A stretch of 32,000 nt of DNA, taken from positions 2,737,365 through 2,769,364 of the forward strand of contig NZ_MWQN01000001.1 in assembly GCF_002024165.1 (NCBI RefSeq), in the 5' to 3' direction. The notes below the pieces were generated by a model. The model had not been told where the DNA came from. It searched no databases and saw nothing but the letters and a program-made list of their open reading frames with translations. A program made the translations under genes and the position numbers. Numbering within the stretch: the first letter of the stretch is position 1; the number at the start of each line of letters is the position of its first letter. Shown piece after piece: positions 11,201 through 17,499 of the stretch. This stretch comes from Embleya scabrispora (lineage in GTDB: Bacteria > Actinomycetota > Actinomycetes > Streptomycetales > Streptomycetaceae).

Positions 11201-12322
11201 GGTTGGACGGAACGCTATGCGTACGACCGGGCCGGAAATCAACTTCATGCCGACTGGCCCGAATCCGAAAGCGCCGGAGGCGGGCGGGAAGTCGTCGGAA
11301 CCCTGATCCGTCGCGCCGGCCGTATCCGCTATAAATATGACGAACAAGGGCGCATAATCCAACGGACACAAAAGACCCTGTCCGGAAAATCCAAGTCCTG
11401 GATCTACGCCTGGGGTCCGGAGGATCGACTGACGAGCGTCGTCACGCCGGACGGCATCACCTGGCAATACATCTATGATGCGCTGGCCCGCCGGATAGCC
11501 AAGCAACAATTGACGCCCAGCGGCACCGTTGCGACTGAAGTGCTCTTTTCCTGGGACAACTCATTCTTGGCAGAGCAGGATACGCCGGAGGACGCAACGA
11601 CCACCTGGGAGTACGAATCCGGGGATAATCACCGTCCACTCCTGCAGGTCGACACTTCTGTAGGAGAGGAAGGAAAAAACGTGTGCTGCCTCGCAATCGT
11701 GTGTGCCCTCGACGGAACTCCCGTCGAACTCATCGACACCGAAGGGGCAGTTGCCTGGCATTCCCGGCATACGCTGTGGGGTGCGAGGATTGCGGCCACT
11801 CCCGGAGACTTGGACTGCCCACTCGGTTTTCCGGGACAGTACCGCGATTCGGAGTCTCAAATATTCCATAGTGTTTTTCGACAATATGATCCAATCCTTG
11901 CTCAATTTTGCAGCCCCGACCCTTTGGGTATCGAAGCGTCACCCAACCATCACGCCTACGTTATAAACCCTGTCGCGTGGTCCGATCCGCTCGGACTGGC
12001 CCCCCAGGGCGCCAAGGATCCCATAAGTCTCGGTCCGGGATTCACGGCAAGAATTGATGTATTTCCCATGGGGTTGGGGACCGACTTCGAAATCCATGTC
12101 TACAAGGGCGGCGTCGACTACGGTGTCTACGGCAGCACTGGGTGGTTCGCCAAGCATGGCCACGGAACGGACATCGAAGTCCCCGCCGCGATCGAAAATT
12201 CATTGAGGGGGATGGCTATCGAAATGCTCCGCAGGACCAATAGATTGGGTCCACGCGGAACCGAAGACATCTCGGGCGATAATTGGCATCGCCCGAGGCT
12301 GACGGGCGGAGGATGTAAATGA
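7889..12322 (+). CDS. Rhs/YD-repeat polymorphic toxin with a WXG-type (T7SS-style) N-terminal domain and an unassigned C-terminal toxin tip
   Basis: The GTG at 7889 has GGAGG 7 nt upstream. The N-terminus is LIPGDWEVLQAVADML...DLWQGDAAEGFRKDL. A DUF6531-like segment follows (CTREGEPIDVVTGEMVLPQTDVTLPG). There are many YD repeats (YTYDAAGNTTGV, YAYDSVGRLAAETDFNGRELTYHYDAAGRLI, and others). The Rhs core ends RQYDPILAQFCSPDPLGIEASPNHHAYVINPVAWSDPLGL. Confidence 0.95.
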   Translation: MLTSGEPLTPDSQPRGLIPGDWEVLQAVADMLTRFSVQALEAKGRLGKIEGKDLWQGDAAEGFRKDLGIVTEILGLHGKEYPSVAAKLREFAEVLRFAQGECANEIIPKAKQAFWLIEAQAREQESYDLAKRDQDVQKANGVGKECLPSLPHKPEGHPGADMLREAQEQLKRVRERVERADAHALLELRKSRGVLDLDPDIWKTLRQAGIDFAKGAGSGVFELASFAWTIDPARTFVDPIAYATDLKGIAGGMLGIARDPVGFAQDTVVSSWEDFKKNPARWLGHVAPDLALTLATRGGNKALTPAEQVEKNIAKRDNPRCRAAEACTREGEPIDVVTGEMVLPQTDVTLPGALPLVLERHHRTAFGGGRFFGERWASTFDQCLRLGADRVTFTAADGMTLRYPVPRPGEPVLPMGGYRWPLAWDGAGSFTVTDPRRGWTWSFAALPGAASRRIPVRALTDRNANRVEYAYDAEGVPREVTHSGGYRVAVDSAASLVTGLRLLDTDPVTHASTYDPAASVDLVTFTHDDAGNLTEVVNSSGRPLRFTYDTDHRMTSWTDRNGTWYQYEYDEAGRCVRGSGIDGILDNTFAYDEASRTTRMTDALGAVRTYEYNDWSQVIRETDPAGGTRHTEWDSYNRRVAITDELGHTTRYTYDAAGNTTGVILPNGTFTVADHDPTLCRPTRITGLDGGVRSHTYDTRANLLTTTDELGAITSHTYNEAGHLTTITNALGHTTTVTPNPAGLPIAVTDPLGATTKLTRNAFGRPTTLTDPMGHTTKTTWTVEGQPARRERPDGTIEFWTWDGEGNLRHHVNPAGFTTSYESTHFDLPAARTGPDGARLEFTYDAELRLTEVTNPQGRTWRYAYDSVGRLAAETDFNGRELTYHYDAAGRLIRHRNGAGEIIAYTRDATGWVTSQRHDATQYETIYHFDAAGRLIRAIAPEADLILTYDALGRITAETTNGRTLSNAYDAAGNRIRRTTPAGHVTEWTYDPSGRPTALHIAGNRLEFTFDPAGRETIRRFGDRVTFAQEWNETHHLISRTTCVGDPAGRIAASLDPDLGVIERSRQNYTFRADGFVTSIDEPNIGLKTYDLNEVGRVTAVRAHGWTERYAYDRAGNQLHADWPESESAGGGREVVGTLIRRAGRIRYKYDEQGRIIQRTQKTLSGKSKSWIYAWGPEDRLTSVVTPDGITWQYIYDALARRIAKQQLTPSGTVATEVLFSWDNSFLAEQDTPEDATTTWEYESGDNHRPLLQVDTSVGEEGKNVCCLAIVCALDGTPVELIDTEGAVAWHSRHTLWGARIAATPGDLDCPLGFPGQYRDSESQIFHSVFRQYDPILAQFCSPDPLGIEASPNHHAYVINPVAWSDPLGLAPQGAKDPISLGPGFTARIDVFPMGLGTDFEIHVYKGGVDYGVYGSTGWFAKHGHGTDIEVPAAIENSLRGMAIEMLRRTNRLGPRGTEDISGDNWHRPRLTGGGCK
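11999..12319 (+). other. 107-aa C-terminal toxin tip downstream of the DPLGL cleavage motif (family not recognised)
   Basis: The sequence after DPLGL (D at 11984) is APQGAKDPISLGPGFTARIDVFPMGLGTDFEIHVYKGGVDYGVYGSTGWFAKHGHGTDIEVPAAIENSLRGMAIEMLRRTNRLGPRGTEDISGDNWHRPRLTGGGCK. I could not match it to a named toxin fold by eye. Confidence 0.6.
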
Positions 12323-12783
12323 AATTCATCGAGATCGAATGGCGGGACGACATTCGAGGATTTTGGCTGGACCCTCGGTCATATCTTGGTGAATTGCCGA
12401 AAATGAGTTCGCAACTTCCCCAGGGAGCCCGAGGATTCGCCACCGATCCGGGGCACTACGATTTCAGCAGCCCCAGATGCGTGAAGGATTTGGGGTTCGA
12501 AACCCTTGTAACCCCATCGGACAGTCGACAGGGTCTCGAGATCCTTTTCTCGCCCAATCCATGGAAGCACGAGGAAGCGCTTCGTATCCGATATGACGGC
12601 GTCGAAAGCCTGTCTGTGGATTGGGAAAGTCAAGCCGCGGGCGGCGGCGTCAAAGATTCCCTGCTGCTCGATGAAATCCTGCCCGCCGATGCGGGGTGCC
12701 GGCACGAGATCGCCCTCACCGGCGCAACCATCCTGATCGCGTGCGCCGACCTGACCGCATCGTGGGAGCCTCACAACCCATAA
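12319..12783 (+). CDS. Candidate cognate immunity protein (154 aa, unassigned family)
   Basis: Its ATG overlaps the toxin stop (ATGA at 12319-12322). It shares the low-G+C composition of the toxin 3' end. It has no signal peptide or TM segment. A bipartite beta-rich pattern (RIRYDGVESLSVDW ... HEIALTGATILIACADLTASWE) is reminiscent of small Imm families, but this is not verified. Confidence 0.7.
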   Translation: MKFIEIEWRDDIRGFWLDPRSYLGELPKMSSQLPQGARGFATDPGHYDFSSPRCVKDLGFETLVTPSDSRQGLEILFSPNPWKHEEALRIRYDGVESLSVDWESQAAGGGVKDSLLLDEILPADAGCRHEIALTGATILIACADLTASWEPHNP

Positions 12784-12896
12784 GACAACGAACCGGCATT
12801 TTTTGTGGAGCCGGCGGCTGTAGGCACCCTGAAATGCGCGGCGGCCTCGGGTCGCCAGGGTTTCGGGGTGGTCGACGACGATGGTGGGGTGGGGCT

Positions 12897-13586
12897 GTGC
12901 GGTGGGAGTTCGCGGTCCGGGGGACTGCGGAGGTGTACGCGTTTTCGGGTGGGATCGTGGACGAGATGGTGCGGGCGTTCGCGGTTTCGGAGGAGGAGGC
13001 GTTTCTCCGAGTGGATCGGCACATGCGGCCCTACCGTTGGGATTTCACGGAGGAGGGCGACCGCCGGTTCCTGTTCGAGTACTCCGAGGAACACTGGGCC
13101 GGCGAGATCTACCTGGAGTCGGATCCGTGGCTGCAACGGTCGGCTGACGATCACAGCCGGTCGCGGCCTCGGCCGATGCCCGAGGCCGGGGATCCGGAGT
13201 TCGGGGGCTTGGCGCTGGGGGACGATCTCGCGCCTGTCGAGATGTTCGTGACGTGGGACGGCGAGCTCGACGACTTCGCGTCCATCGTGGCCGGATCGCG
13301 GCAGAGCACGGGTGGGCGTGCCGCGCGGATCGAGAACGAGCGTGTGGTGATCTCCATCATCGATGAGTTGCACGACACCGAGTCCGACCGGGGATATGTG
13401 TCGATGACGTGCCGGCCGAAGCACGGCACATCCTGGGCGGACCTGTCCGAGGATTTGCGGGCGATCGTCTACCGGCTGCACGCTGCGGGATTGCAGTACT
13501 CGCGGGTGACCGTGGCCGATGCCGGCGGACCACTCAGGATTCTCCGACGGGATCGACGCACGTTCCATATGTTGCGGAGGGCGTGA
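12897..13586 (+). CDS. Hypothetical protein (about 229 aa; start ambiguous among ATG 12834, GTG 12897 and a downstream in-frame ATG at the MVRAF position)
   Basis: High third-position G+C holds across the frame. The sequence is acidic and non-repetitive (EEAFLRVDRHMRPYRWDFTEEGDRRFLFEYSEEHWAGEIYLESDPW...). The C-terminal ~80 aa are paralogous to the ORF at 13534..13914. Confidence 0.55.
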   Translation: MRWEFAVRGTAEVYAFSGGIVDEMVRAFAVSEEEAFLRVDRHMRPYRWDFTEEGDRRFLFEYSEEHWAGEIYLESDPWLQRSADDHSRSRPRPMPEAGDPEFGGLALGDDLAPVEMFVTWDGELDDFASIVAGSRQSTGGRAARIENERVVISIIDELHDTESDRGYVSMTCRPKHGTSWADLSEDLRAIVYRLHAAGLQYSRVTVADAGGPLRILRRDRRTFHMLRRA

Positions 13587-13914
13587 GGTCGGGTTCGGCC
13601 GTCGGGTCGCCGAACTCGATGCTCATCCGAGTCGCGCCTGCCTCCTGTAGGCGCCAGGCCATACGGCGTACGTCCCGCAGGGCCTCCTGCCACGAAACTC
13701 CTGCACGGGGCGTGCAGATCAGCGCCCACATCGGAATCGCCTCGGGGTCGTCGGGGGCCGGCTCCGGCAGGCGGGCGATCCGGACGTCGACGGCGGCGAG
13801 TTCGATCGCGTCGGCTTCGGATGAGGGGGCGCCGCCGGATCGTGTGCAATGGGCCGTGCCCGCAAGAGGGTTGCCGTGAGGACGTCCGCCTCCACCACCC
13901 ACGCGACCAGGCAC
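13534..13914 (-). CDS. Hypothetical small protein, paralogous to the C-terminal domain of 12897..13586 (possibly degenerate at its 5' end)
   Basis: IPMWALICTPRAGVSWQEALRDVRRMAWRLQEAGATRMSIEFGDP aligns by eye with YVSMTCRPKHGTSWADLSEDLRAIVYRLHAAGLQYSRVTVADAGGP. Third-position G+C is good only from about codon 30 onward. The start is a GTG at 13914, and the 3' end overlaps the convergent gene by 53 nt. Confidence 0.35.
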   Translation of the reverse strand: MPGRVGGGGGRPHGNPLAGTAHCTRSGGAPSSEADAIELAAVDVRIARLPEPAPDDPEAIPMWALICTPRAGVSWQEALRDVRRMAWRLQEAGATRMSIEFGDPTAEPDLTPSATYGTCVDPVGES

Positions 13915-13927
13915 ACCAGCGCCGTCC

Positions 13928-14323
13928 TCAGTCGCCGATCACCTCGCGGACCAGTTGCGGATCGACGGGCTCGGCTGCCGCCTCGGGAGCGAACTCGGCT
14001 CGCTCGATCACCTCCGCGAGCCGATCGCGGTCCTCCCACCCGTCGGCGATTGCCGAGGCCCACTGATTGGCGCTTGCGCGGCGAAGGAAGCGGGCGGCGT
14101 GTTCCCGCGGCATTCCGGCCACGGCGTCGAGCAGCGTCGACACCACCCAGCGGAACGCGTCACCGGCATACCAGTGGTGGCTGTCGGCCAGCTCTCGAAC
14201 CACCTCCGTAAGCGCCTCGCACACTTCGTCGTCGCCGGTCACCGTGGGCCCTTGTCCAACCGGAACCCGCCCACGCGGCAAGAGGCCCGCGTCGATCAGC
14301 GAGGCCGCGACGTGCATCGCCAT
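13928..14323 (-). CDS. Hypothetical protein (131 aa)
   Basis: The ATG at 14323 (MAMHVAASLIDAG...) begins a non-repetitive acidic helical sequence (CEALTEVVRELADSHHWYAGDAFRWVVSTLLDAV...WEDRDRLAEVIERAEF). It overlaps the upstream gene by 28 nt. The 5' part of the track ORF is an Arg-rich artefact. Confidence 0.5.
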   Translation of the reverse strand: MAMHVAASLIDAGLLPRGRVPVGQGPTVTGDDEVCEALTEVVRELADSHHWYAGDAFRWVVSTLLDAVAGMPREHAARFLRRASANQWASAIADGWEDRDRLAEVIERAEFAPEAAAEPVDPQLVREVIGD

Positions 14324-14790
14324 CGGTCCTCTACGGCGAAGCAGAACTCGGTGTGCGACTCGCGTCCGGCCGGGGGCTCGTATGGAGCGGGCACCACGTA
14401 CACCCGGACGGCGTCGCGGTCGGGGACGAAGCCGATCTTCGCCAACCAACTACGGGTGCCGGGCTCGCCAAGCCACCTCGGATTCAGATGCGAGACGTCG
14501 ACTCCCGGCTGGGTGTCGTCGAGCCCTGCGGCGACAAGCACCATGATGTACGGCTCGGATTGGGCGATGCGCTCGACGATCTCCTCTTCCGGGAGATCGG
14601 TCCACTCCATGAGCGTTTCGAGTGCCTCGGATTCGGGGTTTCGCGCGACGAAGGCGGCAAACATGACCACGTCGCCTGCGGTACGCATATTGCGCCCCCG
14701 CGACGGAACCGCACGAAACCGACCGGGATCCGCATCCACCGCCATCGTCGGCCCGTGCGACACATCAGTCCCTATGAGTTCGCCAGACAT
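14296..14790 (-). CDS. Hypothetical protein (164 aa)
   Basis: The ATG at 14790 (MSGELIGTD...) begins a good coding-like sequence (VVMFAAFVARNPESEALETLMEWTDLPEEEIVERIAQSEPYIMVLVAAGLDD...). The upstream 113 codons of the track ORF run through a repeat copy and are rejected. Confidence 0.55.
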   Translation of the reverse strand: MSGELIGTDVSHGPTMAVDADPGRFRAVPSRGRNMRTAGDVVMFAAFVARNPESEALETLMEWTDLPEEEIVERIAQSEPYIMVLVAAGLDDTQPGVDVSHLNPRWLGEPGTRSWLAKIGFVPDRDAVRVYVVPAPYEPPAGRESHTEFCFAVEDRWRCTSRPR

Positions 14791-14890
14791 GCTGCGACAG
14801 TATCCGGCGCGTAAATCACCAGGTCCCGGAGGCGAATCGCTCACGGTGGCGGTGGCGCCGGCGGTGGGCGGGGGCCTCTTGACATCGGCG

Positions 14891-15076
14891 CTTCGGTTGC
14901 GGGGTGCCGGTGCGGCGTTGATCCGGCCCGAGAGGCGGGCGGCACCCGGCGTTTCAGGGCTGCGAGACTCGAAGTCCGCGACGATACGGACGTATTGCTC
15001 GGCGAGAACCGGCCGGCAACGGAGCAGCGCACAAGGGGTTCGGTCGGGTTCCCGAAGAGCCTTCCCGAGCAGGTCG
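14891..15076 (+). repeat. Diverged copy (D) of the ~210-bp intergenic repeat family
   Basis: GGTTGCGGGGTGCCGGTGCGGCGTTGATCCGG...CCGGCGTTTCAGGGCT...GTATTGCTCGGCGAGAACCGGCCGGCAACGG...GGTCGGGTT...CCTTCCCGAGCAGGTCG is colinear with copies A and B at 16749-17170 and in the same orientation. Confidence 0.6.
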
Positions 15077-15180
15077 CGCGGGGAGTTTTCGAACCGGCGG
15101 CTCCATTCACATGGAAACAACCCGAACAAGTGACCGAGGGGGCTAGGGTTTGACGACCATCATCTCCGAGGAGGTAGGAA

Positions 15181-15531
15181 GTGTTTAGAGAACTAATCGT
15201 CCCATCGGATGATGATTTCCTTACCCACCTGGGCGTTACTCTGGAATCCTTGGAGCCCCACGGCACTCGGCAATTGATGTGGGAGCCATCGTCCGGCGCC
15301 AGTATCGCATTCTCCTTCTATATCCCGGGGCGCTCGGTTCGTCTGATCTGGCGTGAACAGGGGAGAGTCGTCGCCGATGTGTTTCGGGAGGGAGCCACGC
15401 AGATCTCACTGAAATCCGACAAACAGGAAGCCCATATGTGGATTCAATTTTTCATGGATTCACTAAACGGGGAACTGAAGGTTTGGCTCTACCCGAAGAT
15501 TCGACTACAGGATCGGATATTACTGACCTGA
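15181..15531 (+). CDS. Hypothetical small protein (116 aa), first gene of the low-G+C cassette
   Basis: A GTG start sits 6 nt after a strong GAGGAGG. The region is visibly A/T-richer than its flanks. There is an in-frame TTA codon at 15520-15522. No family was recognised. Confidence 0.6.
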   Translation: MFRELIVPSDDDFLTHLGVTLESLEPHGTRQLMWEPSSGASIAFSFYIPGRSVRLIWREQGRVVADVFREGATQISLKSDKQEAHMWIQFFMDSLNGELKVWLYPKIRLQDRILLT

Positions 15532-15605
15532 AGAAAACTTTCGCGTCACAGGTCATTCCGTCGACGTTTTTCGATCGAGATCTTTTAATCAGAGAGGTTT
15601 CCGGG

Positions 15606-16067
15606 ATGAGCGCGATCGTTGAGTTGTGGAAAAGACAGTCTCTTCCAATTTATGACGGCCTTTACTATGCAAATGGTCGATCATACGATCTGGCTCAAGA
15701 CCCGTCTTCGCCGAGTGGAGTCACGATGGGGCAGGCTTTCGACCTCGATTCCCTACTCCGGACTGCACCGGATCGGGTCACGAGCATCGATGTGACCAGA
15801 GTGGAGCAGATCAGCGAAGCGGAAGGCTATCTGTGCTGCGGCGAAGGTTCTTATGGTTCAGAAGGATTCTTCGCCAAAACCGACAGCGCCAAGCAACTGC
15901 TGTGGGTTGTGTATCTGGAAAACTCCAACCCCTTTCACGAAATCGAGATTCGGGAAGGCATGGCAATTTTCCGATCCACCTCCGGTACATGTATCACTGC
16001 CCCAATATATCTCTTAGGTTCGGGGCATGTTGGTCCCCGCCTCGATCCGAACCATCCACATGCCTGA
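15606..16067 (+). CDS. Hypothetical protein (153 aa), low-G+C cassette
   Basis: The ATG at 15606 (MSAIVELWKRQ...) contains GYLCCGEGSYGSEGFFAKTD and WVVYLENSNPFHEIEIREG. There is an in-frame TTA at 16014-16016. The start could lie further upstream in the same frame. Confidence 0.5.
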   Translation: MSAIVELWKRQSLPIYDGLYYANGRSYDLAQDPSSPSGVTMGQAFDLDSLLRTAPDRVTSIDVTRVEQISEAEGYLCCGEGSYGSEGFFAKTDSAKQLLWVVYLENSNPFHEIEIREGMAIFRSTSGTCITAPIYLLGSGHVGPRLDPNHPHA

Positions 16068-16077
16068 AAACCCGGGG

Positions 16078-16596
16078 ATGATCACAATGGATCCCTCGAA
16101 TGCTCACATATCTGCCCTGGAACCACATGGCAGTCGTGGCTATGGGGACACGCCGCTGGGGAGCAAGAGAGATCGGTTGATCGGGGCCTTCGTGGATCTT
16201 GTTGCAGGCCACGATGATTTGACCTATGCGATCGAAGTCGGACGGCAGAGCAGGCGGTGGGATGCTCTCGACACCTACGCCGCTCGGATGGCGTCGATCG
16301 CCGTTCGGGAACGTGACTCCGACATGCTTCGGCGAGGGCTGGTCGCGGCACTGATCGCCATGAAATCGACCGACGATGAACGTGAGGCCCTCCCGACCCT
16401 GAGTCTCCTCTACCGGGCGTGGGAAATTCTGGACGATCGGGGCTTGTGTTTTCGGGCGCCGCGCGATCTGCAAGTCCGAGAAGAGGATGATCCTTTCGTC
16501 GCCTTCGCTCGGCGCTCCCCCGATGACCGGGGAATCCGAGCAATGGGCTACCGCGAAGGGAGCGACTCCGAAGGGTTTCGATTCCTTGATCAATGA
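16078..16596 (+). CDS. Hypothetical protein (172 aa), low-G+C cassette
   Basis: Start is the ATG at 16078, or the ATG at 16060, which overlaps the previous stop. The sequence is helical and non-repetitive (DRLIGAFVDLVAGHDDLTYAIEVGRQSRRWDALDTYAARMASIAVRERDSDMLRRGLVAALIAM...). No family was recognised. Confidence 0.5.
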   Translation: MITMDPSNAHISALEPHGSRGYGDTPLGSKRDRLIGAFVDLVAGHDDLTYAIEVGRQSRRWDALDTYAARMASIAVRERDSDMLRRGLVAALIAMKSTDDEREALPTLSLLYRAWEILDDRGLCFRAPRDLQVREEDDPFVAFARRSPDDRGIRAMGYREGSDSEGFRFLDQ

Positions 16597-16748
16597 CTCG
16601 GCGGAGATGAGCGTCCGGGGTCGTGGGCGCCATTTGTTCCGCTCCGCGGCCGACCCCAACGCCCTCTCGTCGCGCCGCCGACCGGCAGTGGTTGTTTGTT
16701 GTCCTCCGGGCTGATCTGGCCTGTCCTGGCCTTCCCGCGTAGCCGGCC

Positions 16749-17170
16749 GTTTCCGGCGCGTGGTGCCGTTGCGTCTCGGGTTGCGGGGGGCCGGTGCGGG
16801 GTTGGTCCGAGTCGGTGATGGGCCGCCGCCGGCGTTCGGGGCTCCGAGGCTCCGGGCTCCCGACGGGACGAGCGTCTTGCTCGGCGAAAACCGGCTGGCG
16901 ACGGTGGGCGGAGAGGCGGTCGGGTCGAGTTCGCCGGCCGGCCTTTCCGAGTGGGTCGGCTGTTTCCGGCTCGCGTTGCTCTGTGAGTCTCGCGGGTGCC
17001 TGATGCGGGGCCGGTCCGAGTCGATGGTGGGCCGCCGCCGGCGTTCGGGGCTCCAAGACTCCGGGCTCCCGACGAAGCAGGTGTGTTGCTCGGCGAAAAC
17101 CGGCTGGCAGCGGCGGGGTGGGAGGTGGTGGGGTCGAGTTCGCCGGGGGGCTTTCCGAGTGGGCTGGGGC
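16749..17170 (+). repeat. Two tandem copies (A 16749-16961, B 16962-17170) of a ~210-bp G+C-rich intergenic repeat
   Basis: Both units begin GTTTCCGGC. Both contain GGTCCGAGTCG(G/A)TG(A/G)TGGGCCGCCGCCGGCGTTCGGGGCTCC...CTCCGGGCTCCCGACG...TTGCTCGGCGAAAACCGGCTGGC...GGGTCGAGTTCGCCGG...CTTTCCGAGTGGG. A third unit starts (GTTTGGGG at 17171) but does not continue. Confidence 0.85.
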
Positions 17171-17499
17171 GTTTGGGGAGGGGTTGGGATTCGGGACCGG
17201 ATCTCGGCGGTGGTTGTGGGCTTCGAACTTGGGTGACCTGTGGTTTTGGGTGGGCGGGGTGGGGAGTTGGGCGTCGAGGGCCGGTTTCGAGTGCTTCGGG
17301 CACTGCGGCCGCTCGGAGGCCGTGGAGGGGACCGCAAGTGCCCAGTGGGGGCGGAAACCGGATCTCGAGGCGCCTCAAACGCGCCGATTTTGGGCTGACC
17401 TGCGGTTTTCTCTCACACCGAGGCCACGGCAGCCCACGCCGTCCGGTTTCGTGAACTCTCGCCCCTCACGCACGCTGACCGCACTTCAAAATGCCCTGC

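Noticed and set aside
12793-12814. A small CCGGC...GCCGG hairpin with a T-run right after the immunity gene stop, considered as a terminator
   Set aside because: The stem is only 5 bp with a 12-nt loop, and the T-run is inside the loop rather than after the stem. It is too weak to call.
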